DNA of 64,000 nt, from NCBI GenBank assembly GCA_963714275.1, contig CAVQNT010000007.1:157447-221446 (forward strand), written 5' to 3'. Every line of letters starts with the position of its first letter. Position 1 is the first letter of the stretch. Below are positions 12,412-22,833 of the stretch, one piece after another. The notes beneath the pieces are model-generated. The model did no database searches and had not been told where the DNA came from. It saw nothing but the letters and a program-made list of their open reading frames with translations. The DNA comes from Candidatus Bathyarchaeota archaeon. Lineage in GTDB: Archaea > Thermoproteota > Bathyarchaeia > Bathyarchaeales > DTEX01. The translations under genes and the position numbers were made by a program.

Positions 12412-12637
12412 TACGATTTAATTGAATTGGAATATTTATAGAGTATTAATCTTTCATACATTTAATAAATCCTAAGAAAACCTCTGTCTTTAAACTAGTT
12501 ATACTAGCTTAAACCTAGACATTAGCGATTCTTAGAATCCAAACTTGATTAATTATTTTATTTTTACAAATCCAAGATTTGGTTTATAGATTTATAAAAA
12601 GAATGTTTTTGTTATTCTGGAATTGTTTTCTTTTTGT

Positions 12638-13633
12638 TCATGTCCGCTGTGTTCTGTACATTGTGAAGCTTAGGACGCCGTTTCTGTAGAGCAGGTTTTC
12701 GATTTTTGGCTTTACAGGAACAGGGAGAGAGACCTGCCTGAAAAATTTCATGTCCATATAATCGGATGATATGACTACTTCGTGTTCTGAAACTTCGATT
12801 TTTATGTCTTTAGGGTCCAGCCCCGGCAGGTTAGCCAGAACCGTTATTCTGTCTTCGTCCACAAGAACGTCCACTAATGGCGAAATGACCATAGGAGATG
12901 AAACCGAGGCTGGCAGCTGCTCCTCAGGAACTATATGCTGTCTCTTTTTTGGCTTAACACTCATAACTTTAACAACCGCCATTCCTAGAGCGAAGCCTCC
13001 TATATGAGCCCAAAACGCCACGGACGAGGAGAGCCCAAAGAATGAACCTAATCCCATCAGAACTTGGTATAGAAACCAGAATCCTAGATAGTAGAAGGCT
13101 GGAATTTTTGTGAATGTTATGATGTAGACAATGTACACCACCGTTCTTATCCGAGCCTGCGGAAAAAGAAGAATGTAGGCTCCCAAAACAGCCGAAATTG
13201 CTCCCGAAGCGCCGATTGATGGTATAGCTAATTCTGGCGTAATGTAATTGCCAAGGTTAATGTAGCCCGAGATAAGGGCTGATGCGATGTGCGAAAATTC
13301 GGCGAACAAGCCCCCAATCAAGTAAAACAGTAGAAACTTCACGTGACCAAAGGTGTCTTCAACGTTGTCGCCGAAAATCCAAAGAAAAACCATGTTGCTT
13401 CCAATGTGCATGATGTCGGCGTGCAGAAACATGCTTGTAAAAAGGGTTTCCAGCCTTTCGCCTCGGATTATGTTTTCTGGGATAGTCCCATAAGTATAGA
13501 AAATGTCATATTGTGATTCTGGCTGAAGAAACATTAAGATGAAGACAGCGACGTTGATGGCGACCAGTCCCCAAGTCACATAGGGTTTCCGAGTCGGTCG
13601 ATTCTCATCTTGGATGGGAAAAACAGCGACCAT
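12638..13633 (-). CDS. Rhomboid intramembrane serine protease with C-terminal Hsp20/alpha-crystallin domain
   Basis: TSMFLHAD..H..SNM, catalytic GASG and AHIGGF. C-terminus ITVLANLPGLDPKDIKIEV...FFRQVSLP...YRNGVLSF. Confidence 0.88.
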   Translation of the reverse strand: MVAVFPIQDENRPTRKPYVTWGLVAINVAVFILMFLQPESQYDIFYTYGTIPENIIRGERLETLFTSMFLHADIMHIGSNMVFLWIFGDNVEDTFGHVKFLLFYLIGGLFAEFSHIASALISGYINLGNYITPELAIPSIGASGAISAVLGAYILLFPQARIRTVVYIVYIITFTKIPAFYYLGFWFLYQVLMGLGSFFGLSSSVAFWAHIGGFALGMAVVKVMSVKPKKRQHIVPEEQLPASVSSPMVISPLVDVLVDEDRITVLANLPGLDPKDIKIEVSEHEVVISSDYMDMKFFRQVSLPVPVKPKIENLLYRNGVLSFTMYRTQRT

Positions 13634-13755
13634 CCGCTCAACCTCGCAGTCAATAGCACCTTTTCTATACGAACATTAGAAACATAAAGGCTAAATAGTT
13701 TGGCTTCTTTTCCGCCATTACAATTTCTTGTTAAATAAGAATATCTGGTTGATTT

Positions 13756-14868
13756 TCATTTATGCCATGTCAGAAGATTTTCAATCATCCGTTTATAGAC
13801 TTGTATGCTTGCAGCGTATTCTGAGAGTTCAATGCGTTCATTTTTTGTGTGGCTTAACCTTGAGTCTCCAGGACCATACGTTATAGAAGGAACTCCAGTC
13901 TTAGCCCCAAAGATGTTCATGTCTCCTGTGCCTGTTTTTTTAAGGAATTTTAATGGTCCATCAGTGACTTCCACGATGGCTTTCTCCAATGCTTTTACCA
14001 AAAGCGTGGTTCTGTCAGCCACAAACGGCTCAACCTCATCCAAGACCATCGAAGCAACAGACACGTTGGGACAGTCAGAATGAAAGTCGTCAATGACTTT
14101 TTCAATAAAGTTTTCACACAAATTCGTTTTTACTGATGGAGGAAGTCTAATATCAACGTTAAAAAGGCACACGTCTGGAATACCGCCTGAAGTCCGTTGG
14201 CTGCTAACTTTAATTAAGCATGGAGTAATCGAATAAAAAATTCCTTGGGGTGATTGAAATTCAGTGCAAGCGGTCTTAATTTTGTTCCACAGTTCAAAGC
14301 CTTTTTCGATTGCGTTTTCGAGAAGATGTTGGGCGCCGACATGTCCAGAGGTCGTCTGACATTTTATTCGAAAATGTACTTTTCCTTTATAGGCGAATGT
14401 TATGTTCTTTGCTCCACTTGGTTCCCCGAAGATGGCATAATCCACGTCTAATTTTTCATGTAACAGTTGGCGAATTCCTTTTGATGTTTTTTCCTCTTCG
14501 ACAACTCCAGCTACGATTATTCTGCCTTTATTAAGGGTAGACTTGATGTCTGAGGATGCTGAAACCATGGCTGCCAAGGATGATTTTGCGTCGACAGCTC
14601 CTCTTCCATGTAGCCAATTGTTTTCCTTTTTTACTGGTATCCAGCCTGGAACAGTATCCATGTGACCGCAAAGAAGAATGGTCGGAGTCCCAGAACCAAA
14701 TTCTGCGTAAACATTTCCAGCCTTGTCTGTCCGAACTTTCTCAAAGCCATATCTAACAAGTTTGTCTTGTAGAAAAGTTGCCAGTTTTTGTTCTTTTCCG
14801 CTTGGGCTGTAGATTTGAAGCATCTCCTGAAGCAGTGAACAGAAGCTTCTTGATCCAATTTGTTTCAC
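13756..14868 (-). CDS. lysK: [LysW]-lysine/ornithine hydrolase (M20 family)
   Basis: GHMDTVPG, GRGAVDAK, EE, GEPS, GTGDMN, YGPGDSRLSHT; position in operon. Confidence 0.88.
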   Translation of the reverse strand: MKQIGSRSFCSLLQEMLQIYSPSGKEQKLATFLQDKLVRYGFEKVRTDKAGNVYAEFGSGTPTILLCGHMDTVPGWIPVKKENNWLHGRGAVDAKSSLAAMVSASSDIKSTLNKGRIIVAGVVEEEKTSKGIRQLLHEKLDVDYAIFGEPSGAKNITFAYKGKVHFRIKCQTTSGHVGAQHLLENAIEKGFELWNKIKTACTEFQSPQGIFYSITPCLIKVSSQRTSGGIPDVCLFNVDIRLPPSVKTNLCENFIEKVIDDFHSDCPNVSVASMVLDEVEPFVADRTTLLVKALEKAIVEVTDGPLKFLKKTGTGDMNIFGAKTGVPSITYGPGDSRLSHTKNERIELSEYAASIQVYKRMIENLLTWHK

Positions 14869-16112
14869 TCTTTAACTTGAGTTAGCTGAGTAATTCTTGA
14901 AACTTTTTTTTGGGCTTTGAGGATTTTCTTTTCTTCCTCTGACAAAATGTTTTTCAGGATTTCAGATGCCTTCTCGAGCTGGTTCATCTCTATTACGAGG
15001 GGAGGAAGGAAGCGGATGACGGTCTTACCTGCATACAAAAGGAGTAAACCTCTGTTAAGAGCATCCGTTAACATGTCGCCTATGAAGGTTCTGGACTCAA
15101 GCCCAATCATCAAGCCTAAGCCCCTGACTTCGCGTAGAATACGAAGATTGATTACCATTTCCTGCAAAATTTTGATGAATTTGTCTCCGAGGTCTCGAGC
15201 TCTGTCAGGCAGTTTTTCGTCGACTATTGCGTCAATCGTTGCAGACGCAGCTGCGCACGCAAGAGGGTTTCCGCCGAAAGTGCTCGAATGTTCCCCGACC
15301 TCAAGAGAGTCCATAATTTCGTCCTTTGCAATTGTGGCACCGATCGGTATACCCCCGCCCATCGCCTTTGAGACACACATTATGTCAGGCGTAACGCCCC
15401 AATGTTGAGACGCCCACATCCGTCCAGTTCGTCCGAACCCTGTTTGAACCTCGTCGAAGATGAGTACGACGCCTTTTTCGTCGCAAAGGTCCCTCAGTGC
15501 CTTCAGGTAACCGTCAGGAGCAACGTAAACTCCGCCTTCGCCCTGAACAGGCTCAACGATGACGGCTGCAGTTTTTTCAGTGACTGCTTCTTGGACTTTC
15601 TCGATTTTTCCGAACGGTACAAACTTGAAATTTTGTTCAATCAGATGCTGGAAGGAATTTCTATACTTGGGATTATGCGTTGCAGATAAGGCTCCGAGGG
15701 TTTTTCCGTGGAACCCTCTTGTCATACTTATGACTTCAGTCTTCTGAGTGTATTTCACCGCAGCCTTTAGGGCGCACTCGACCGATTCAGCTCCGCTGTT
15801 ACATAGGAAGACTTTGTTCAGCCCTTTGGGACATATCTTGACGAGCTTGTCGACGAGCTCAGCCCTTTTGTCATTGTAGAATGAGCCGTGGCATGAAATC
15901 AGCTTCTCGCACTGTTCCCGAATGGCAGCCACAACCTTCGGGTGACAATGGCCAACTAAACTAACGCCGTAACTGCTCATGCAGTCGATGTATGCTTTCC
16001 CGTTCGCGTCCCAAACTGTTGCCCCCTTACCCTTAACTAGAGCGACAGGAAACTTTTGGTAAACACCTGCGAGATGGGCATTCTCAGCTGCAATTATTTC
16101 GGCTTCATACAA
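14865..16112 (-). CDS. lysJ: [LysW]-aminoadipate semialdehyde transaminase
   Basis: Class III aminotransferase: EPVQGEGG, FDEVQTGFGRTG, SKAMGGG, STFGGNP. Confidence 0.9.
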   Translation of the reverse strand: MYEAEIIAAENAHLAGVYQKFPVALVKGKGATVWDANGKAYIDCMSSYGVSLVGHCHPKVVAAIREQCEKLISCHGSFYNDKRAELVDKLVKICPKGLNKVFLCNSGAESVECALKAAVKYTQKTEVISMTRGFHGKTLGALSATHNPKYRNSFQHLIEQNFKFVPFGKIEKVQEAVTEKTAAVIVEPVQGEGGVYVAPDGYLKALRDLCDEKGVVLIFDEVQTGFGRTGRMWASQHWGVTPDIMCVSKAMGGGIPIGATIAKDEIMDSLEVGEHSSTFGGNPLACAAASATIDAIVDEKLPDRARDLGDKFIKILQEMVINLRILREVRGLGLMIGLESRTFIGDMLTDALNRGLLLLYAGKTVIRFLPPLVIEMNQLEKASEILKNILSEEEKKILKAQKKVSRITQLTQVKE

Positions 16113-16911
16113 CAGTGATCACGGTTCCATTCTTGTGAGTTAATACGCTGGTGATAGGTTCCACTACTAGGCCTGAGGAAATAATGGCTTCTTTAGCTCC
16201 AGCCTTTAAGGCTTCAATCGAGGCTAGAACCTTCTTGTCCATCCCTGCCCCTATTCTTGGCAAAAGACTCTCCGCTTCCTTCATAGACAAAGCCTTAACG
16301 AACTCGCCTTTCATGAGAAGCCCCTGAACATCAGTTAAGAAGACAGCCTTGTCAGCCTTTAGTGCCCCTGCTATCTGGGCAGCTGCTCTGTCGGCGTCAA
16401 CATTCAGGAATTCGTAGTCTTCTCCAAGGGCTATCGGTGATACTACTGGAACGTAACCTTTCTCGACAAGCAGTCCAAGGATACCTGTGTCAACTTTAGC
16501 GATCCTCCCGGTGTAACCGCCATCAATAACGCGTTTCCTGTTGCGTTCATCGATTATGACCAGTTTTTTCTTGCGTTCAGCCCGAAGCATACCTGCGTCC
16601 AACCCAGCTAAGCCCACGGCGTTGATGCCCTTGCTTAATAGCCAACGGACTATTGCTTTGTTTATTTTTCCCGCCATAACCATCGTGAAAATTTCAACTG
16701 TCTCTTCATCCGTGTATCTGCTTCTAATGCCACTGGGTGAGGTGATGAAAGTTTGTTGTTTACCCAGTTTTTGAGCAATCGACGTTACCTCGTCTCCTCC
16801 CCCATGCACAATGACGAGCTTTTCGTTTTCTAAGACCTTCTTAATGTCGTCCGTAAGTTCGAGAGTAAGCCCTTTTTGATAGATATCGCCGCCTATCTTC
16901 ACAACGATCAA
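16105..16911 (-). CDS. lysZ: [LysW]-aminoadipate/glutamate kinase
   Basis: VVKIGG, VHGGG, SRYTD, LNVDADRAA. Confidence 0.92.
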   Translation of the reverse strand: MIVVKIGGDIYQKGLTLELTDDIKKVLENEKLVIVHGGGDEVTSIAQKLGKQQTFITSPSGIRSRYTDEETVEIFTMVMAGKINKAIVRWLLSKGINAVGLAGLDAGMLRAERKKKLVIIDERNRKRVIDGGYTGRIAKVDTGILGLLVEKGYVPVVSPIALGEDYEFLNVDADRAAAQIAGALKADKAVFLTDVQGLLMKGEFVKALSMKEAESLLPRIGAGMDKKVLASIEALKAGAKEAIISSGLVVEPITSVLTHKNGTVITVV

Positions 16912-16923
16912 GACTTTTCACCA

Positions 16924-17976
16924 TTAGACTGGATGCAAACCTGAATCCCACAAGCCTTCTTTTTCGTCCCATCCGCACATTAAGTTCATGTCCTGCACCG
17001 CGGTTCCAGCTGAACCCTTCATCAAATTGTCGAGAGCGGAAAGTAGTACCAGCCTATCTGAGTTTTCGTCAACCTCGAACCCTATGTCGCAGTAGTTGGA
17101 CCCAACAACAATCTTTGGGTCAGGATATCGGAAAACGCCTTTTCTATCTCGAACAAGCCTAATGAAAGGTTCCTGTCCATAGAAACCTCGGTAAATGCGC
17201 CAAATTTCGGGTACAGGTATGGGAGTTTTTAGGAAAACGTGACAGGTTCCTAAGATTCCTCGAACCATATTAACCGCATGCGCAGACATGGCAATAACCA
17301 CTTTTTCCTGAGCTATTAGGCTGACTCCTGCTCCATTTCAGCTGTATGTCGATGTCCCACGGGCTTGTACGGTCTGACGACGCTGTAATGTTCAGGATGA
17401 TGGGAAGAAAGTGAAGGTTTGCCTCCTGCGCCGGATGAACCTACCTTAAAGTCAGCAACTATCCTGTTTTTTTCGATGCTCCCAGACTTTACAATCGGAG
17501 GCTAAAGCCAATATGCCTGTTGCAGCCATGCATCCGGGAGCAGCCACCAGCTGAGCATTCTTTATCTCGTCTCTGTGAAGCTCTGGGAGACCATAAACCG
17601 CCTTTTCCAGCAGTTCGGGGCATCTGTGATTCCAGCTGTACCATTTCACATAATCTTCTGGATTTTTTAGTCTAAAGTCAGCACTTGCATCAATTACCTT
17701 TAAGCCTGTTTCGACGATTTTGGGCATAAAACCAGAGGAGATTCCATGCGGCGTAGCTACAAATAGCAGGTCACAACCGCCGACGATTTTTGTGGGTTCA
17801 GACATTACAAATTTAAGATTAGTTTGCCCTCTGAGGTTAGGGTGAACATGGTGAATGAATTCGCCAGCGTAACTGTTAGAGGTGGCAGCAGCAACCTCAA
17901 CCTTAGGATGTCTCAACAAGAGGCGAAGAAGCTCTCCGCCCACGTAACCGGAAGCGCCAAGAATAGCGACTTTCAC
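16924..17976 (-). CDS. lysY: [LysW]-aminoadipate-phosphate reductase (ArgC-like), frameshifted
   Basis: GASGYVGGELLRLL, ATPHG, DASADFRL, APGC, DNLMKGSAG; split by indels. Confidence 0.9.
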
Positions 17977-18837
17977 TTTTTGTTCACCTCAACTGCGTAT
18001 TTTATGATTTTACCCGGAATGTCAACCTTTGTCGCTGAGTATAATCCTCTGAACTCGACAGTACTGTTAACCTCATGAACCATTATTCCCTTCGAAGATT
18101 CCATGCAGTCAACAGCAAGGACGCCTCCGCCTACGGTTTTGGCAGCCTTTAACGCGATGTTTTCAAGTTCTCCTGTGACTGGGCAAGGCTCGCTTATTCC
18201 TCCTCTGGCAACGTTTGTTCTCCACTCGTCCTGAGGGGAATACCTGTACGAAGCCGCGACCACCTCGTTTCCGATAACGAGGATTCTTAGGTCTCTAGGT
18301 GGACGTTTCACGTACTCCTGAAGGTAATATGTCTGAAGCAAAGCGTTGTTCATTTGTTCTCTCGATTCTACGATGGCTTGGGCTGAGTCCCTGTCTCGAA
18401 CCAAGGCTATGAGCCGCCCCCAGCTTCCCACGACAGGTTTTGAGACAGCGGGGTAGCCGAGGTTTTCAAGGGCTTTGTGCACGCCTTCTTCCGTGAAAGC
18501 CACAAGAGTCTTAGGCGTCGGAATCCCCGCTTTAGTTAAAGCCAGCGTCGTATACAGACTTGTTCCCGCATGTCAACGAAACGTTTAATGGGTTGATCAC
18601 GTGTAACCCAGAATTTTCAAGCACCGCTGTCACATGTAAGCCTCTGAAATAGCTTACACAACGTTGGATGACTACCTCGCCATATTCTGCCTTCATTTTT
18701 TTCGGATTAATGGCAGTATCCAAAAACGTAGCTTTAGGATCAACGAGCTTCAGTTCTACTCCAGCCTTAGCTGCGGAACGAATTAAGGCCTTCTCGTCCC
18801 ATCGGATCCTGTCATAAACGAGCCCTATCTTGTTCAT
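17973..18837 (-). CDS. lysX: Alpha-aminoadipate/glutamate-LysW ligase (RimK family), frameshift ~18550
   Basis: YDRIRWDEKAL, QRCVSYFRG, KPVVGSWGRL, WRTNVARGG, HEVNSTVEF. Confidence 0.92.
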
Positions 18838-18843
18838 CGGGTT

Positions 18844-19044
18844 TTATTCGCCCCAGTCCTCTCCTTCGATTTCCGCCGTTCCAAGGCTTACCTTGCCATC
18901 GGAGCTGAGCTTCACTTCGTAATCCATTCCGCAGTCTGGGCAGCTCACAATTTCGCCTGAGATCACATCTTCTGGAATTTCGAGTTCAGCGTCGCATTCT
19001 GGACATTTTAACTGGAAGGTTAATGCCTCCTTACTTTGTCCCAT
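18844..19044 (-). CDS. lysW: Amino-group carrier protein LysW
   Basis: CPECD...CPDCG Zn ribbon and C-terminal EDWGE. Confidence 0.95.
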   Translation of the reverse strand: MGQSKEALTFQLKCPECDAELEIPEDVISGEIVSCPDCGMDYEVKLSSDGKVSLGTAEIEGEDWGE

Positions 19045-19152
19045 TACGAAGGTTATGATTTTCTTATAAACTTTTCGGAAAAATGAAGATTCTTTAGAAA
19101 ATGATTTATATAGCTGTTTTTTCTTTAATCAATTTGTGTTGGAGGACTTGAC
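19045..19152. promoter_or_regulatory. Divergent promoter region between lysW and the Lrp gene
   Basis: TATA-like TTATAAA (~19064) and TTTATATA (~19104) between divergent starts. Confidence 0.4.
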
Positions 19153-19605
19153 ATGTCCGAGGGACTTGACAACATAGACAGGGCAATTCTTGAGACTCTT
19201 CAAGACGACGCAAGAACAGCTTTAAGAAAGATCGCTGAAAAAACTGGCGTCAGCGAAGCAACAATTTTTGCTAGAGTCAAGAAGCTTCAGGAAAAAGGCA
19301 TAATAAAAAGGTTCACAGCGCTTGTCTCACCTGAACTACTGGGAAAAAGTCTTACGGCTTTCGTTCTCATAAATACGAACCCGAAAAGTTTGCAGACGGT
19401 TCTCGCCTCGTTGCAGGGCATGGAAGACGTTTATGAAGCATATGACATCACTGGGTCTTTTTATGCCATTGCCAAAATTCGTGCAAGCAGTCGTGAGGAA
19501 CTGGCGAAATTAATCGACCAAATAGGGTCAATCGATGGCGTGACAAGCACAGAAACCGCTATTGTTCTACGATGCATCAAAGAGGAGACTCGAGTAAAAA
19601 TATAA
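19153..19605 (+). CDS. Lrp/AsnC transcriptional regulator (LysM-like role inferred)
   Basis: LDNIDRAILETLQDDAR HTH, YDITGSFY; divergent from the lys operon. Confidence 0.9.
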   Translation: MSEGLDNIDRAILETLQDDARTALRKIAEKTGVSEATIFARVKKLQEKGIIKRFTALVSPELLGKSLTAFVLINTNPKSLQTVLASLQGMEDVYEAYDITGSFYAIAKIRASSREELAKLIDQIGSIDGVTSTETAIVLRCIKEETRVKI

Positions 19606-19799
19606 TTTTTCAATTGCCCATTGTGTTTTTTGATGCCTTTAGAAAAGTTTCGGAAATATCACATAATTATTTTACTAGCTAACCAGAGTCCTCATAAAGC
19701 CATGTCACATTTATAAGCGATTTTGAACCTTTGATGGATAACAATTTCCTGAGTAGAAAATCCTTTTTACCTTTCACAACAATATTTTTCTGGAAAAAA

Positions 19800-20426
19800 A
19801 TGAAAAAAAGAGACAAGAAAGTATCTGGTTCTAACCTTGGAAAAAATAAGGTCATAATAGTCAGTGGCACACCTGGCGTTGGCAAGTCAACCGTCTCAAA
19901 GCAATTGTCATCCAACCTCAGCTGTGGACTTGTTTCTATTGGGGATTTAGTCAAGGACGAAGGTTTATACACTCAAGTAGACCGTAAAAGAGACACTTTA
20001 GTTGCTGACATGAACCAGATTTCGAAACGTATAAACGGTATCATTTCAAATTCTTCTGAAATGTTAATCGTTGAGGGTCATTATGCTGTTGACGTTGTTC
20101 CTCTGGAATCTGTTAGTCTAGTCTTTGTTTTAAGACGCGATCCTGAAGAATTACGAGACATCCTTAGAAAACGTGGTTACGGAGAAGAAAAAGTCCGCGA
20201 AAATGTGGCCGCAGAGATTCTGGACGTTTGCTTATATGATGCTGTTGACAGATGCGGAGTCGAAAAAATCTGTGAGGTAAATGTTACAGGTCGAACAGCA
20301 GAAGAAGTAGTAAACGACGTTCAGCAAGTTCTTCAAGGAAAAAAGAAACATAAAATTAGAACCGTTGATTGGCTTGGTAAACTGAATTTTGAGGGAAAAC
20401 TTGACGAGTATTTGAAGGATTTTTGA
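19800..20426 (+). CDS. AK6/Fap7-type adenylate kinase
   Basis: VSGTPGVGKST, VEGHY, RGYGEEKVRENVAAE; start uncertain. Confidence 0.88.
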   Translation: MKKRDKKVSGSNLGKNKVIIVSGTPGVGKSTVSKQLSSNLSCGLVSIGDLVKDEGLYTQVDRKRDTLVADMNQISKRINGIISNSSEMLIVEGHYAVDVVPLESVSLVFVLRRDPEELRDILRKRGYGEEKVRENVAAEILDVCLYDAVDRCGVEKICEVNVTGRTAEEVVNDVQQVLQGKKKHKIRTVDWLGKLNFEGKLDEYLKDF

Positions 20427-20472
20427 CTGCCAGGTTCTATCACTTAATGTAACATTCATACCTAGGTTGTTG

Positions 20473-21045
20473 TTACCTGTCGAAAAAGATGTTTTTTCCT
20501 GTTAATGAAAGTGGAATGCCAATTATTACATCAGCGTCCAGAAGCTGTAAATCCTTGGCTGCTGCACCCGCTGTGTACATGATTCTGTTGTCGATGTTAA
20601 GTTCGCTAGCCATTCTTACCGCAGAGCCTAAGGCTATCCCCAAATCCATTGCCTCAAAAATGCATATTGGTCCAGCGTAATCTTCGCCCTTCTTTTTCTC
20701 TGCTTTAATGAAGTCAGCGCACGTTGCGTTGCCGCATGCTCCGCAGTTAAGCGGGTTTTCTGGAACCTTAGGCGTGGTTCCCTTGACTCCGATAAGCACT
20801 ATTAACTGGGATTTTCTTATTGATTGGGCGTCTCTTTTGAATGCTGGAAGCGAGTTTCTTTTTTGTTCTACATGGCGTTCCATGGCGTCTGCTAGGTCAT
20901 TTTTTTCTTTTCCTGAGATTATGGCTGTTGTTATCCTGTCGACTCCTCGACCTTTAGGCGCTGTCCTTGCGCTAGACGCAATAAGATTCGCGGCTTCAGC
21001 GATGGCTTGTTCCACAATTTGTTCGTCTCTTGTTATTGGCAACAT
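20473..21045 (-). CDS. DUF2148 ferredoxin-like domain protein
   Basis: ARTAPKGRG, NCGACGNATC, DLGIALGSA, DNRIMYTAG. Confidence 0.85.
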   Translation of the reverse strand: MLPITRDEQIVEQAIAEAANLIASSARTAPKGRGVDRITTAIISGKEKNDLADAMERHVEQKRNSLPAFKRDAQSIRKSQLIVLIGVKGTTPKVPENPLNCGACGNATCADFIKAEKKKGEDYAGPICIFEAMDLGIALGSAVRMASELNIDNRIMYTAGAAAKDLQLLDADVIIGIPLSLTGKNIFFDR

Positions 21046-21114
21046 TGTTACCTCTTTTATGTAAGTGTTTATTGTGTTTCTACCTTTATAATGATGGATC
21101 TAATTGATTTACGC

Positions 21115-21277
21115 TAAATTTTACCTCTAAACTCAAACTTTTTCTTTTTTATTCTTTTTCTACCTTTCTCTGTATCCCATTAGACGTGTACATGGTTTAG
21201 TGTGTGTGTACTTGTACCAGTTCTCTTTTAGTACAGTACATTTCAACAGTGGTTTTGTATTTTGTATGTTTTTTTGT
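21115..21277 (+). repeat. ~163-bp non-coding repeat, copy 1 (copy 2 at 29658-29821)
   Basis: Near-identical direct copies (about 5 differences), both starting at TAAATTTTA. Confidence 0.9.
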
Positions 21278-21392
21278 AGAGAGAGAGTATAAGTTAGCTG
21301 ACTATGAGAGTAAGGGAGAGAAAAGGCGTGAGTTAAAGGAAGGAGGAGTCAAAATTTGATCCACAAATATCTGACGTGCGTGTTGGCCCAGA

Positions 21393-21803
21393 TTACGGCT
21401 GCTTGAAGTCTACACTACTCTCAGGTTGTGTGCTTAACACCTGCTCAGCTGCAACCGGTGCTTTAACCATAAATGATGTTTCTGTTCCGCTAACGCCATC
21501 GCTTGCTTTTACAGTGTACATTCCTGTTGTTGCATCAGGCCCGTAGGTTGTAAAGAAAAGTCCTTCCGCGCCAGATTCTATAAGCCAATTACTAAGAGTA
21601 CCATCAGGCCTTATTACTTCAACATCAACCTTCGCATTTGACACGAAAAAAAAGCCAGAAATGGTGACCGTTTCATCAGGATCATAATTTGATTTATCCG
21701 TCGAAATTGCCGCAACAGTGCGAGAAGATTTCGTTACTATTACCACTGTTGACAATAATGTCAGGAATACTATTAGTATCACGACCGAAACTCTGTTTTT
21801 CAA
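21393..21803 (-). CDS. Secreted Ig-like/surface protein, probably truncated
   Basis: Signal peptide, ISTDKSNYDPDETVTISG, GMYTVKASDG. Confidence 0.6.
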   Translation of the reverse strand: MKNRVSVVILIVFLTLLSTVVIVTKSSRTVAAISTDKSNYDPDETVTISGFFFVSNAKVDVEVIRPDGTLSNWLIESGAEGLFFTTYGPDATTGMYTVKASDGVSGTETSFMVKAPVAAEQVLSTQPESSVDFKQP

Positions 21804-21877
21804 TTTTTCTCATCCCAAAGCACGCGCTTGTGCTCATATAGAATCTGTCTTCGGGCAGATAAGACTTATGGCAGAGG

Positions 21878-21996
21878 AGTCAGCTAGCTATTGAATTTAC
21901 AGCCACTTGTGTATTTGTTTGTGTGATATACGGGATACATGCGTGGATACAAGTAGAAAGAAAGAATATATAAGAAGAAGAAAAGCTTAAAATTTA
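21878..21996 (-). repeat. Linker-arm-core element
   Basis: AGTCAGCTAGCTA linker, GTGTGATATAC arm, TAAAATTTA core at 21988. Confidence 0.75.
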
Positions 21997-22065
21997 ATTC
22001 CTATAAACAAACGTTCAGATATTTAGTTTCTGTGCTAGTATTGCGGGCAAGTCTTAAATTCCGTT

Positions 22066-22518
22066 ATGGTAACAATTTTCATGATTAGAATGTCAGAGAA
22101 AGATGGGTTAAGTGTGCGTGAGCGAGCTCAGATTAAAGCAATTACTAGTTGGACAGATGAGCAAATCAGTAATTTGTCACCAAAGATGTTAAAATTTTTA
22201 AAATTGGCTAAAACCCAAGATTACAAGATGATTGCTGAAGTCGTCCGGTCAGAAAATTGTAGTTTTAAACTAAAAAAGGGAGACAAGCTTGTTTTTGGTT
22301 CCGCAGGAATATTGCTTCGGGACGAATCTACTGCAAATCTGTGCCTCTGGGCAATAGCTCCTCTACTACCATTTAACTACATGATTTACGACCGTCTTTA
22401 CGAAGAACTTGATCCTAACGATATTTTTCCTGATCATGTTAAGTGTACTGATGTCGGAGTAGCGTGTGGCGGTTTTGGTGAAGTTCTCTTTAAAATCTCT
22501 TGCCAAAAAGAGAGATAG
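22066..22518 (+). CDS. TIGR04076-like Cys-containing protein
   Basis: AEVVRSENCSFKLKKGDK, NLCLWA, KCTD...EVLFKI. Confidence 0.55.
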   Translation: MVTIFMIRMSEKDGLSVRERAQIKAITSWTDEQISNLSPKMLKFLKLAKTQDYKMIAEVVRSENCSFKLKKGDKLVFGSAGILLRDESTANLCLWAIAPLLPFNYMIYDRLYEELDPNDIFPDHVKCTDVGVACGGFGEVLFKISCQKER

Positions 22519-22833
22519 TCACTCAGCAATGCCCTAAATAGGAAATATGTTGCTAAATCAAAAAGTAAAAAGCCTTCTTGAAAGGCTGGAGAAAGAAGAT
22601 TGACGCCAAATTCGTTTAAGCCACCTAAAATTGTTGAGTTTGAAAAGGAAAAATATAATATTACATGAAATTCACAAAAAAAATTTTAGTGAAGGTCTAA
22701 TTAGTTTAAATTGTAAACTTTTATGATGTCATTTATTTATTTTTTCAGTGGGCATTAGAACCTTTCATATAATGATATTTATAAACAAGGCTTCCTACTA
22801 TATTGTAATACAACGTGTGAGGAAGATAAAGTT

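Larger units (their letters stand above)
10738..12630. mobile_element. AT-rich island remnant at the tRNA-Gly 3' end
   Basis: GC drops visibly right after the tRNA. Carries ASCH, SPFH and an orphan gene. No integrase or att duplicate seen. Confidence 0.45.
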
